From an uncultured Candidatus Saccharibacteria bacterium (GTDB lineage: Bacteria; Patescibacteriota; Saccharimonadia; CAILAD01; JADZBC01): a DNA stretch of 64,000 nt. Shown piece by piece: positions 10,189 to 20,097 of the stretch. The position numbers and the translations under genes were made by a program. Under the pieces are notes generated by a model. That model was not told the DNA's origin and did no database searches. It worked only from the letters and a program-made list of their open reading frames with translations. Each line of letters starts with the position of its first letter. Position 1 is the first letter of the stretch. Location: assembly GCA_964496815.1 (NCBI GenBank), contig CAZCAO010000001.1, positions 17,803 to 81,802 of the forward strand, given 5' to 3'.

Positions 10189-11754
10189 TTATTCAACGCG
10201 CAGAATTCGGACAGTATCAGTACCGCCTGTTATGCCATGATGCTTGCCAAAAGCGCTGACGACATAGTCGCCTTTGCGAATACTACCACGCTCTTTGTAT
10301 TCCGCTAGAACGAGCTCGCTAACGGCTTGCTGACGGGGCACTAAGGTTGGCTTGCCACCCCATACGATTGCAAGTTTATTGCAGACATGGCGATCTGGAC
10401 TAGCCATGATGATCGGGGCACTTGGTCGTAGGCTTGAAATACTATAGGCGGTATGACCCGTTAGGGTTTCGGCAAGAATAAGCTTAGCTGGAATCTGTTC
10501 AGCCAAGGTAATTGCTGCGAGTGAAACGCTGGCGGCAATGCGCTGATCGGTATTCTCTTTCAGGTTTGCTTCAATCTGATGCTGTTCGAATACAATTCGC
10601 GTCGTATCGTGGATTTTCTGCAAATTTGGCTTGCTGACATAGGCGGTCTGCAGTTCGGAAGTGCTATCCTCTGACGATGAGAAGCTTAGATTGATCATGC
10701 CAGAGATTGCATACTGTTCTGCTTTAAGGATAATGCGTTTCATCATTTGCACTGTTTCAACAGGAAACTTTCCTATCGCTGTTTCACCCGACAGCATTAC
10801 GCTATCAACTCCGAGTAATACTGCGGTTGAGACGTCATTCGCCTCCGCTCTTGAGGGCTGAGTAGAAGTCATCATACTCTCCAACATTTGCGTCGCCATA
10901 ATAACTGGCTTATGAGCAGATCGTGCCAGCTCGATAATACGGCGGCCTACGATTGGAACGTTTTCGGCTCCTATTTCTATGCCTAAATCACCACGCGCGA
11001 TCATGATCGCGTCTGCAGCTTCGATGATCTCTTCGATATTATTTATGGCTGCTTTGGTTTCAATCTTGGCAATGATGTGGATCGGTTGCGGGGCGGGCCT
11101 GAGGAGTCTGCGTAATTCCTTCACGTTAGCAGCGGACTGAATAAACGACAGCGCGACATAGTCAACATCCTCCTTGAGCGCAAAGGCAATGTCTTCGCGA
11201 TCTTTTGGGGTAATGACGGAGTTCTTAAAGGTGGTATCCGGTAGGTTTATGCCGTGATGCGTCATGACGGTACCCGCGTTAAGTGCCTTGGCAGTCACGA
11301 TGCCGCCCTTGATAGATTTGATAACAAGCTTTATTTGGCCATCACGTAAGAAAAGGTGCTCACCAACGCTGACTTCGTGGCTAAAGTCATACTGTGAAGG
11401 TAGTAAGCCAATTTCTTCGTCGTAGTCATCTTCGAAACTGAAGCCAACCATATCACCGCGCTTGATTGTGATGCCACCCTCGGGTAGGTCTCCAAGGCGG
11501 ATCTTTGGTCCAGAGAGGTCTTGGATAATGGCTAGGCCACGCGCTAGCTCACGGGATGCCTGGCGGGCTATAGTAAGATTCTTTTTGTGTGTTGCATAGC
11601 TGCCATGGGAGAAGTTTAGCCGAATTCCGTTTACTCCGGACTTCAAGAGTGACGGAATGTGTCCTTCGCTCGCTGGACCAATCGTCGCAATGATCTTTGT
11701 TTTTTTATAGGTTGTGGCGTCGCGCTTCATGACTTCCATTGTAGCTGTCAACAC
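10189..11754 (-). CDS. pyk: Pyruvate kinase
   Basis: 'KIIATIGPAS', 'MIARGDLGIEI', 'MLESM' PK motifs; 521 aa. Confidence 0.9.
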   Translation of the reverse strand: MLTATMEVMKRDATTYKKTKIIATIGPASEGHIPSLLKSGVNGIRLNFSHGSYATHKKNLTIARQASRELARGLAIIQDLSGPKIRLGDLPEGGITIKRGDMVGFSFEDDYDEEIGLLPSQYDFSHEVSVGEHLFLRDGQIKLVIKSIKGGIVTAKALNAGTVMTHHGINLPDTTFKNSVITPKDREDIAFALKEDVDYVALSFIQSAANVKELRRLLRPAPQPIHIIAKIETKAAINNIEEIIEAADAIMIARGDLGIEIGAENVPIVGRRIIELARSAHKPVIMATQMLESMMTSTQPSRAEANDVSTAVLLGVDSVMLSGETAIGKFPVETVQMMKRIILKAEQYAISGMINLSFSSSEDSTSELQTAYVSKPNLQKIHDTTRIVFEQHQIEANLKENTDQRIAASVSLAAITLAEQIPAKLILAETLTGHTAYSISSLRPSAPIIMASPDRHVCNKLAIVWGGKPTLVPRQQAVSELVLAEYKERGSIRKGDYVVSAFGKHHGITGGTDTVRILRVE

Positions 11755-11789
11755 CCATGTGCGTAAAGCTTATGCTAGAAAATCTTCAT

Positions 11790-11818
11790 TTGCTAGGTAC
11801 GAACCAATATGGTATTAT
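11790..11818 (+). promoter_or_regulatory. sigma70-like promoter upstream of ileS leader
   Basis: TTGCTA-17 bp-TATTAT. Confidence 0.45.
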
Positions 11819-11824
11819 TAGCCT

Positions 11825-12043
11825 CAAGATGCACTTTGCCCCTCCAGGGCAGATGAGCGGTTATCAGCCGCGAAGCAGCAGAAAGAACAAGGCCAAGCCT
11901 TCAGTAGAATCTGCCGGACATCAGCCCGCTGCTGACAATTAAGCGCCAGAGAGATGCCTCTCTTGGAAACTGGATGGTACCGTCCGCGAGCACGCGGATT
12001 CCAGTAGCCAAGAGAGGTATTTGTATAATAAGGAGTCACAGCC
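11825..12043 (+). promoter_or_regulatory. Candidate T-box leader (Ile-specific) upstream of ileS
   Basis: ~215 nt structured leader; 'GGATGGTACCG..CCGCG' resembles the T-box consensus GGGTGGTACCGCG including a UGGU bulge; ATC-A in a stem-I-like context; competing 10-bp CCTCTCTTGG/CCAAGAGAGG helix. Confidence 0.4.
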
Positions 12044-14968
12044 ATGGTAGACGATAAACAGCCAGAAAAATCTCAGCAAGCCAAGCTCGAAGAGCAGATT
12101 TTGGCATTGTGGACAAAAGAAGATACGTTTGCGCAGTCAATGCAGCAACGTAAAGGCCAGCCGGTATATAGCTTTTACGACGGTCCGCCATTTGCAAATG
12201 GCTTGCCGCACTTTGGGCACTCATTGGTAACCAGCATTAAGGATTCGATGCTACGTTATAAGACGATGCGCGGTTATTACGTGCCGCGTCGTAATGGTTG
12301 GGATTGCCATGGTCTGCCTGTAGAATTTGCGATCGAAAAGGAATTCGGGGTAAGTGGCAAAAAACAGATTCTCGAGCTTGGTATTGAAAAGTTTAATGCC
12401 GCCTGTAGTGACTCGGTTTTTCAATACAAAGGTGAGTGGGAGGAATTATTAAAGCGCTTGGGTCGCTGGAGTGAGTATGATAATTACTATGCCACAGTAG
12501 ACAGCACTTATACCGAGAGTGTTTGGTGGGCTTTGGCACAGGTTCATAAAAAGGGCTTACTATACAAAGGCTATAAGAGCACGCCGTACTGCCCACGTTG
12601 TGAGACGCCATTATCGAATTTCGAGGTCAACGATGGCTACAAAGACAACGTACCTGACCCAAGTCTGTATGTCATGTTTCCCCTTGCGGACGAAGACGCA
12701 TATTTGCTGGGTTGGACTACCACACCATGGAGTTTGCCTGGTAACGCGGCAGTTGCCGTAAACCCAAGCGAGCGATATGTATATGTAGAGCTGACTGACG
12801 AATCGGCTGGCCAGACAGTTATTTTGGCCCAGAAGAGATTGGCGGCACTTGGCCACGATAATTATCGGGTAGTAAAAGAGCTCGATGGTCACGAGCTGGT
12901 AGGCAAGACCTACGCTCCTGTATTTGAAGTCGATGGCCTTGACGGGCTTGAAGGCGCTGAAAACCTCTACAAGGTTTGGTCGGCTGACTTTGTGAGTATA
13001 GAAGACGGCACCGGAGTACTACATGTAGCACCGGCTTTTGGCGAAGACGATTTAAACCTAGGCCAACAGCACAATATCCCTGTACTACAAACAATTGATG
13101 CCAGTGGTAAAGTTACGCCGCAGGCAGGTGTGCCGGAGGCTGCTGGTAAGTTCTTTAAAGGTGCTGACAAGCTTATTATCGAAAATCTTACCCAGAGGGG
13201 ATTGGTCTATCTGGCAGAGACTAAAGAGCATACCTATCCATTTTGCTGGCGCTGCGAAACTCCATTAATGTACTATGCCATTTCAAGTTGGTTCATTCGG
13301 GTATCGAGTATCCGTGATCAGCTCATGAAGACGGCTGAGGACATTCACTGGACGCCTGCTCATATTAAATCAGGACGATTTGGTCAGTGGATTGAGGGTG
13401 CGCGTGATTGGGCGATATCACGTAATCGCTACTGGGGCGCACCAATGCCAGTATGGGTAAATACGGAGGATGAGTCGGATTATATCGTGGTGGAAAGTTA
13501 TGACGAGCTTCGCCAGCTAGCTGGCGATGATTCGCTTGATACGCGTGATGTGCATCGCCCGATTATCGACAACGTTGTGATTGAACGAAACGGCAAGACC
13601 TACCGACGTGTCGAAGAGGTGCTTGACTGTTGGTTTGAATCTGGGGCCATGAGTTTAGCGCAGCACCATTATCCTTTCGAAAACAAAGACGCCTTCCAGC
13701 AGGCTTTTCCCGCCGACTTTATTATCGAAGGCTTGGACCAAACTCGCTTGTGGTTCTACGTTCAGCACGTCGTTAACACCATCTTGTTTGATGCTCCGGC
13801 CTACAAGAACGTTATTGTAAACGGCATGATTATGGCGGCAGACGGCGAGAAATTGAGTAAGCGGCTCAAAAACTATCCGCCGGTTGAAGAGGTTTTTAAT
13901 CAGGAGGGGGCAGATAGCTTGAGACTGTATTTGCTCTCGAGCCACCAAGCCAGCGAGACGGCGGAATACATTCGCTTTAATCGTGATGCTATGCGTGACA
14001 TCCAACGTAATGTACTAGGCACCCTGCTTAATTCGCAGAGATTTTTCACCATGTACGCTAACATTGATAGCTGGAAGCCAGCTCGGGCTGGGGAGCGACC
14101 AGCCAGTGGCAACGTCCTCGACCAGTGGATGCTTGCCCGAGTCGATGAGGCTATAACTGAAGTTACGAAAGAAGCTGATAATTATCAAATTGCCCACGCG
14201 ATAGCACCAATCTTTAGCCTGGTAGACGACATGAGTAATTGGTATATCCGACGCTCTCGTCGACGTTTCTGGAAGAGTGAGGACGACGGCGATAAGGCCA
14301 TGGCTTATGAAACATTGTGGTATACATTGATAAGGCTTTGCCAGCTCCTTGCTCCATGGGCGCCGTTCGTAGCTGATTATGTATGGAGAGAGCTGGTCGA
14401 GGGTACGACCATGCCAAGCTCCGTTCACTTAAGTGATTGGCCCGAAGCCAGTCGGCCCGATGCAAGTCAACTTGCCCAGATGGCAGTCGTTCGCGATACG
14501 ATTAAGGAGGCTCTGGCTGCTCGTGCCGATGCAGGCATTAAAGTTCGCCAACCGCTGGCCCATCTGCTCGTCAGTTCTAAACAGGAGCTTGACGCACAGT
14601 ACCTGGATATCATTCGCGATGAGGTCAACGTAAAATCAGTCAAGATTAAGCTAGTGAATACCCCGGCAGCTCCAGAACTTGATACGGTCGTTACTCCAGA
14701 GTTACGTCGTGAGGGGATCATGCGAGACGTGGTGCGTCTTGTGCAGAACGCTCGTAAGCAAGCTGGCCTAGAGGTCGATGATCGGATTGAGCTCGGGTTG
14801 CGCTGCGAGGACGAAGACATTAGCCGGGCGATTGCAGAGCATAAGGAGACAATTCAAGCCGAAACCCTTGCCTCTACGTTACAAAAGACTGTAGAAGGCA
14901 ATGTAGTGAGCGCGAAGATAGACGGTGTAGAAATTACGATTAGCCTCCGCAAAGCCGAGTCTCTATAA
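12044..14968 (+). CDS. ileS: Isoleucyl-tRNA synthetase
   Basis: 'PFANGLPHFGHSL' HIGH region, 'KLSKR' KMSKS variant, 974 aa. Confidence 0.95.
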   Translation: MVDDKQPEKSQQAKLEEQILALWTKEDTFAQSMQQRKGQPVYSFYDGPPFANGLPHFGHSLVTSIKDSMLRYKTMRGYYVPRRNGWDCHGLPVEFAIEKEFGVSGKKQILELGIEKFNAACSDSVFQYKGEWEELLKRLGRWSEYDNYYATVDSTYTESVWWALAQVHKKGLLYKGYKSTPYCPRCETPLSNFEVNDGYKDNVPDPSLYVMFPLADEDAYLLGWTTTPWSLPGNAAVAVNPSERYVYVELTDESAGQTVILAQKRLAALGHDNYRVVKELDGHELVGKTYAPVFEVDGLDGLEGAENLYKVWSADFVSIEDGTGVLHVAPAFGEDDLNLGQQHNIPVLQTIDASGKVTPQAGVPEAAGKFFKGADKLIIENLTQRGLVYLAETKEHTYPFCWRCETPLMYYAISSWFIRVSSIRDQLMKTAEDIHWTPAHIKSGRFGQWIEGARDWAISRNRYWGAPMPVWVNTEDESDYIVVESYDELRQLAGDDSLDTRDVHRPIIDNVVIERNGKTYRRVEEVLDCWFESGAMSLAQHHYPFENKDAFQQAFPADFIIEGLDQTRLWFYVQHVVNTILFDAPAYKNVIVNGMIMAADGEKLSKRLKNYPPVEEVFNQEGADSLRLYLLSSHQASETAEYIRFNRDAMRDIQRNVLGTLLNSQRFFTMYANIDSWKPARAGERPASGNVLDQWMLARVDEAITEVTKEADNYQIAHAIAPIFSLVDDMSNWYIRRSRRRFWKSEDDGDKAMAYETLWYTLIRLCQLLAPWAPFVADYVWRELVEGTTMPSSVHLSDWPEASRPDASQLAQMAVVRDTIKEALAARADAGIKVRQPLAHLLVSSKQELDAQYLDIIRDEVNVKSVKIKLVNTPAAPELDTVVTPELRREGIMRDVVRLVQNARKQAGLEVDDRIELGLRCEDEDISRAIAEHKETIQAETLASTLQKTVEGNVVSAKIDGVEITISLRKAESL

Positions 14969-14977
14969 TAGAGACAT

Positions 14978-16084
14978 ATGTTTGGATTACGCTTTCTACG
15001 CAAACTTGATCTTGTCACGGCCGTAAGTACTTTTGTACTTTTGGTCATAGGGCTGACCGTGTTGTATTCCTCCGGTATTAAGCCGGCACAGGTTGCTACT
15101 GAGATTGATCCAACTCGACAGTTTTTGTACGGGGGGATTGGGGTTGTCGTCATGTTGTTTTTCGCGCGTTTGGATTATAGGGTATTGCGCAATTACGGCG
15201 TGGTATTGTATATCCTCTCAATTCTTTCGCTTTTGTACGTCGATGTTGCTGGCGCAACACGACTTGGTGCGACGCGCTGGATTGACATTGGTTTTTTTCA
15301 ATTCCAGCCCTCAGAGTTTGCGAAGCCAATTCTGGCGATTATGTTAGCTAATCATTTTTCTAAGTATTATGATCACGTCAACGAGTGGAGGTATTGGCTT
15401 GGTTCGTTGGCATATCTCGTGATGCCACTTATGCTGGTTCTCGCACAGCCAGATTTGGGCACCGGCATGGTGTTTGGCGCCATTTGGTTCTCTATGGCTA
15501 TTGCTGCACGAGTGCGTTGGCAGTATTTGGTGGGTCTCGTGGTGAGTGCCGCTGCTATGGTACCCTTGATCCTGCCAAGGCTCCAGCCGTATCAGCGCGA
15601 GCGCATTACGACGTTTCTTAACCCCGCTGCTAATCCTGCCACAACTGGCTATAACGTAAACCAGGCAATTATTGCGGTTGGTAATGGCGGTTGGTTTGGC
15701 CAAGGCCTCGGGTCAGGCAGTCAGAGTCAAGGCAACTTTTTACCTTCGCAGCAAACTGACTTTATCTTTGCTGTTCTCGCTGAAAAGCTAGGCTTTTTTG
15801 GCGGACTATTGACCTTAACTGCGTTTTTGGCGCTTGTTTTACGCGCCTACTGGATTACAAAGTTGGCAGCTGATAAATTTGGTGGTTTATTGGGGGTTGG
15901 CTTGACGAGTATGCTTTTGTTTCATGTCTTTATTAATGTCGGCATGAATTTGGGTATCATGCCGGTTACCGGTATTCCGTTGCCATTTATTTCCGCCGGT
16001 GGTTCAAGCATGATTGTTACAATGTTTGCCGTCGGTACAATCCAAAGTATTTATATTCGTCGCAAAAAACGAGAATTGGCATGA
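14978..16084 (+). CDS. FtsW/RodA/SpoVE family peptidoglycan glycosyltransferase
   Basis: 10-TM SEDS pattern, 368 aa; TATAAT 8 bp upstream of ATG. Confidence 0.85.
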   Translation: MFGLRFLRKLDLVTAVSTFVLLVIGLTVLYSSGIKPAQVATEIDPTRQFLYGGIGVVVMLFFARLDYRVLRNYGVVLYILSILSLLYVDVAGATRLGATRWIDIGFFQFQPSEFAKPILAIMLANHFSKYYDHVNEWRYWLGSLAYLVMPLMLVLAQPDLGTGMVFGAIWFSMAIAARVRWQYLVGLVVSAAAMVPLILPRLQPYQRERITTFLNPAANPATTGYNVNQAIIAVGNGGWFGQGLGSGSQSQGNFLPSQQTDFIFAVLAEKLGFFGGLLTLTAFLALVLRAYWITKLAADKFGGLLGVGLTSMLLFHVFINVGMNLGIMPVTGIPLPFISAGGSSMIVTMFAVGTIQSIYIRRKKRELA

Positions 16085-16638
16085 GTCGTAAAAAGCGGTT
16101 AGGGATATTAATGGCAATGTTTTTGGCTTGTTTGAGTGTCTACCGTGGACTAACACTTCAGCAGCAGTCATCAGCCAAGCAATCTAGCACCGAAGTCGGA
16201 CAATACCGAGTAGAGCATGTCGTGGACGGTGATACGATCGAAGTTCGGATTGATGGTCGCATGCAAAAAATTCGCTTGATTGGTATGGATACGCCGGAGG
16301 TGGTTGACCCGCGCAAGACCGTGCAGTGCTTTGGGCGCGAGGCATCAGCACAAGCTCATAGGTTGCTCGAGGGACAAGTGGTGCGCTTGGAGTATGATGT
16401 GCAAGTTGGTGAACGAGACAAATACAATCGTTTGCTCGGCTATGTATTTCTGATTGATGGTACCAACTACGCCGAAAAGATGATCCGCGAAGGCTACGCG
16501 CATGAGTACACCTATCAGGGCCAGGCTTATAAGTATCAGGCTACCTACAAGGCTGCTGAGGCCGAAGCTGAGGCAACTGGTCGGGGCTTTTGGTCAAGCA
16601 CTACGTGCAGTGGAGATACAAAGCAGCCCGCAAGATGA
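16081..16638 (+). CDS. Secreted thermonuclease (SNase-like)
   Basis: Signal/anchor then 'VVDGDTIEVRIDGRMQKIRLIGMDTPE' SNase motif. Confidence 0.8.
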   Translation: MSRKKRLGILMAMFLACLSVYRGLTLQQQSSAKQSSTEVGQYRVEHVVDGDTIEVRIDGRMQKIRLIGMDTPEVVDPRKTVQCFGREASAQAHRLLEGQVVRLEYDVQVGERDKYNRLLGYVFLIDGTNYAEKMIREGYAHEYTYQGQAYKYQATYKAAEAEAEATGRGFWSSTTCSGDTKQPAR

Positions 16639-16698
16639 TGTGTTAAATTGCCCCATAACTCGAAATGTGGTTCAATGAAATAGTTAAGCTTGAGCATA

Positions 16699-18036
16699 AT
16701 GACTAAGCCTATTCGTGGCCGCAATGGAAATTTTGTTCGCCACACCCCCGTTAATGTATTAAAGCACCATGTCCGTTCACGACGCCTTGCCGTGCCAATT
16801 ATCTTGGCTGCTGTAGGATTTGGTGTATTCGTTGTTTTTCAAAGCATGGCTTCTACTCGTGCGTTTACAAGGATGGAGTGTCTCGGTACTGAAAGAAAGG
16901 GTTATGCTACCGCGGAAGATTGCTACCTTGGGAGTGCTGAAGGAGTTGCAAGTAAGTACTTTATTACCATTTTTGGGAGGCGGCCAAATGTGGACAGCCT
17001 GAAATTTTGGTCAAACACGCTAAGTGGGCTGTCTACACCTGCCGAGTATCGGCTTGCAGTTAAGATGCTCGATTCTACAGAGGCAAAACGAAAGTTCACA
17101 GCCCTACCTAGTGACAAGGATAAAATAGAGTACTTGTACTTCAACGCACTTGGTCGTAAGCCTGATCCCGCCGGCTTAAATTACTGGTCTGCAAGAGCAA
17201 AGCGCGAAAAGAATTGGGCAAAAATAGTCACATTATTTATATCTAGACCAGAGGTTGCTAGAAAAATTCGACCGGAGGTATTGATCTCGGTCAACGCCTT
17301 ACCTATGAATTGGTGGCCGACTCGAGTGCCAGCTTCCGTTTCTCCGAGGGGTGTTTATTCGGGCTGGAACTGGAATGCGTCCGCCAGTGGTTATAAGAGT
17401 TTTGAGCATAGCCTGGTGGTCGATAGCTACAAGCCAGGTTCGAGTTACTTCTGGTCGCACCAGTTCGGCTTTGTTGGTGGAGATGGTGGTTATATTGGCC
17501 TTCAGTCTACCGGGGCCGCAGGTAGAAGAAGCGGAGAGTATCGTAAGACGGCTATTTTTTCTATTTTTAAAGCCGCAATTGCAACCGACACGCCAGGCTG
17601 TACGATATCTTACGACACTTTCGATGGCGCCCCTGGGTCGGGTACAAGTTGTATTATCACCTATAATTGGGTTAAGGGTCGGACATATAAACTGCGAACA
17701 GAAATGGGCGCACGTGAAGCTAATGGGACCTGGTGGTCTGGTTGGGTGGTAGACACCACCTCGGGCGCAAAAACACTAATTGGTAGAATAAAAGTACCAG
17801 CTACGTGGAAGGGCCACAGAAACAATTCGGTGATGTGGACTGAGAATTTCTTTTCTACAGCTCGTACATGTAATGACATCCCTTATTCTAAGGTTCGTTT
17901 TTCTAAGCCAATAGCGGACTCTTCGATTAGGCCGATTGGTTCATCGCAGACGCTTTCGAATACGTACCAGTGCAATAATTCTCGTATTACGCCTCGGGGC
18001 GATGGGGTAACTCAAGAAGTCGGCCGCAGTCGCTAA
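16699..18036 (+). CDS. Membrane-anchored protein with DUF4214-type repeats and unknown C-terminal domain
   Basis: 'YFITIFGRRPNVDSLKFWSNTL' and 'LYFNALGRKPDPAGLNYWS' repeats; N-terminal TM anchor. Confidence 0.55.
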   Translation: MTKPIRGRNGNFVRHTPVNVLKHHVRSRRLAVPIILAAVGFGVFVVFQSMASTRAFTRMECLGTERKGYATAEDCYLGSAEGVASKYFITIFGRRPNVDSLKFWSNTLSGLSTPAEYRLAVKMLDSTEAKRKFTALPSDKDKIEYLYFNALGRKPDPAGLNYWSARAKREKNWAKIVTLFISRPEVARKIRPEVLISVNALPMNWWPTRVPASVSPRGVYSGWNWNASASGYKSFEHSLVVDSYKPGSSYFWSHQFGFVGGDGGYIGLQSTGAAGRRSGEYRKTAIFSIFKAAIATDTPGCTISYDTFDGAPGSGTSCIITYNWVKGRTYKLRTEMGAREANGTWWSGWVVDTTSGAKTLIGRIKVPATWKGHRNNSVMWTENFFSTARTCNDIPYSKVRFSKPIADSSIRPIGSSQTLSNTYQCNNSRITPRGDGVTQEVGRSR

Positions 18037-18090
18037 ACAGTTCTTGTAATCTACAGGGTGACTGATGACATTATTTGCTATAATAGAGCT

Positions 18091-19014
18091 ATGAGTATAA
18101 TACATGACGTAATTATTATTGGCGCAGGACCAGCTGGGTATACAGCCGCGATTTATACGGCGCGGGCGAGTTTAAGTACCCTGATGATAGCAGGCGATAC
18201 CCCCGGCGGTCAGTTGCTCCTTACCGGCGACGTTGAGAACTTTCCGGGCTTTAAGGATGGCATTAGTGGCCCGGCACTGATGGAAGAGATGAAGGCGCAG
18301 GCCAAGCGATTCGGCACTGAGCTGATAAGCGAGTTCGTAACTAAGGTTGAACTTCAAGGGAAAGTTAAAACGGTTTGGGTGCGTGAAGAGAAGTACCAAG
18401 CCAAGACGATTATCATCTCGACCGGCGCATCTGCTAATTGGTTGGGACTCGACAATGAACAGCGCCTTATGGGGCATGGTATTAGTGCCTGTGCCACTTG
18501 CGATGCGTTCTTTTTCCGCGACAAGGAGGTTGTAGTAGTGGGCGGTGGTGATGTGGCTATGGAGGAGGCCCATGCGCTGACAAAGTTTGCGAGCAAAGTA
18601 TACGTCGTGCATCGTCGTGACACGTTGCGGGCGAGCAAGATTATGCAGAAGCGCGCTATGGATGATCCTAAGATCGAGTTTATTTGGAACGCTGAGGTGT
18701 TTGATGTGTTGGGCAAAGATGCTGTAGAGGGTGTTCGGCTGCGTGACACGCAGAATGGCAGCGAAAGAGATTTTGCCTGTCAGGGTATGTTTGTAGCGAT
18801 TGGTCATACGCCGGCCACGAGCTTGTTCAAAGAAATGCTTGCGTTGGACGCAAAAGGCTACATTAAGGCCAAAGACTCTGTTTTGACCGACATTCCTGGT
18901 GTTTTTGCAGCTGGCGATGTGGTTGATGCCCGATACCGACAAGCGATTACCGCTGCTGGTGATGGCTGCCGAGCGGCACTCGAAGTTGAACATTACCTTG
19001 CAGATCAAGAGTAG
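18091..19014 (+). CDS. trxB: Thioredoxin reductase
   Basis: 'IIGAGPAGYTAAIY', redox CATCDAFFF, second GGGD Rossmann; start at internal ATG 6 bp after TATAAT. Confidence 0.9.
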   Translation: MSIIHDVIIIGAGPAGYTAAIYTARASLSTLMIAGDTPGGQLLLTGDVENFPGFKDGISGPALMEEMKAQAKRFGTELISEFVTKVELQGKVKTVWVREEKYQAKTIIISTGASANWLGLDNEQRLMGHGISACATCDAFFFRDKEVVVVGGGDVAMEEAHALTKFASKVYVVHRRDTLRASKIMQKRAMDDPKIEFIWNAEVFDVLGKDAVEGVRLRDTQNGSERDFACQGMFVAIGHTPATSLFKEMLALDAKGYIKAKDSVLTDIPGVFAAGDVVDARYRQAITAAGDGCRAALEVEHYLADQE

Positions 19015-19016
19015 CT

Positions 19017-19610
19017 ATGGCTTCAGACGAGGCGTACAAGGCACAAATAGAACGACTTAAGCGACGCGTGGCGGAACTTGAGCAGCAGGTTCAGACCGAT
19101 GAGCTTATGGGCGTACTCAATCGGCGAGGCTTAATGCAGGTGCTAAACACTTTTGTTCGTGAGGTAGAGTTTCAGCTTAAGAATCCCGATAGAAGACAAT
19201 TCCTGATCATAAAGTCGTTGAGTATTTTGTTTGTCGATGTGGATAACTTCAAGCAAATCAATGATCAGTACGGGCATGGGTTAGGCGACATTGTGCTTCG
19301 GGAAATAGCCACAGTTATTCGCGACTCTCTACGCGGTATTGATGTCGTAGGTCGGTACGGTGGCGAAGAAATTGTCGTTGGTCTGGTGGGCGCTCATGTG
19401 GAAGCGGCGGTTAAAATTGCCGAGGATTTGCGATCCCGTATCGCGGCTTTAGAGTTTCCAGGAGAAATTAGTGCACTTCGGGTGACGGCTTCGTTTGGGG
19501 TTGCGGCAATGGAGCCTGGTGCTACGCTCGATGAGCTACTTGCGAATGCCGACAAGGCTTTGCGACGGGCGAAAGAAAACGGCAAGGATCGGATTGAGGT
19601 CTATGGCTAA
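19017..19610 (+). CDS. GGDEF-domain diguanylate cyclase (coiled-coil N-terminus)
   Basis: 'VDVDNFKQINDQYGH', 'RYGGEEIV' GGEEI active-site motif. Confidence 0.8.
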   Translation: MASDEAYKAQIERLKRRVAELEQQVQTDELMGVLNRRGLMQVLNTFVREVEFQLKNPDRRQFLIIKSLSILFVDVDNFKQINDQYGHGLGDIVLREIATVIRDSLRGIDVVGRYGGEEIVVGLVGAHVEAAVKIAEDLRSRIAALEFPGEISALRVTASFGVAAMEPGATLDELLANADKALRRAKENGKDRIEVYG

Positions 19611-20097
19611 ACAGCTCGATGGCCCTTACCAGCTCAAATATATTCGACCTCATCATAGCGTGACGCTCGCTCGGCTGTTTCGATTTGCGCTCGATAGTGA
19701 CTTTACTTACTACAGTCCTTCATATTTAGAGCAAACTCGACGTCAAAACAGCGCCTTCCGCTTGGCGCTAGGATGTATGCGTTCAAGTCGCCTCATTCTT
19801 GGTCTATGGGATGACACCGAGCTCGTTGGCTACATTATTGGTGGTACGCGGCCAAATCAGGATTGCGGTGATATTTTCTGGCTCTACATTGATCCCGCTC
19901 ATCGCGGACGAGGGCTTGGTGCGAATTTGCTGACAGAGGCAATCCACTGGCTGCGGCTCAAAAAACTTTCGGCCGTAGAGCTTGTAACCTACGATCACGC
20001 CGAGTTTTATAAACGGTATGACTTTAAGCCCGAGCGCTTGGCTGAGGGCTTTATCGGCGGACAAGATGTGTATATTATGAAGAGGTCACTGGTATGA
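19603..20097 (+). CDS. GNAT family N-acetyltransferase
   Basis: 'YIDPAHRGRGLGANLL' acetyl-CoA binding motif; ATGGCTAA overlap with upstream stop. Confidence 0.7.
   Translation: MAKQLDGPYQLKYIRPHHSVTLARLFRFALDSDFTYYSPSYLEQTRRQNSAFRLALGCMRSSRLILGLWDDTELVGYIIGGTRPNQDCGDIFWLYIDPAHRGRGLGANLLTEAIHWLRLKKLSAVELVTYDHAEFYKRYDFKPERLAEGFIGGQDVYIMKRSLV

Noticed and set aside
12393-14820. Multiple 60-137-aa ORFs antisense to or out-of-frame within ileS
   Set aside because: All lie inside the unambiguous 974-aa IleRS frame and lack RBS or promoters. Shadow ORFs.
18172-19008. 278-aa minus-strand ORF
   Set aside because: Antisense to trxB; no motifs, typical GC-frame shadow ORF.
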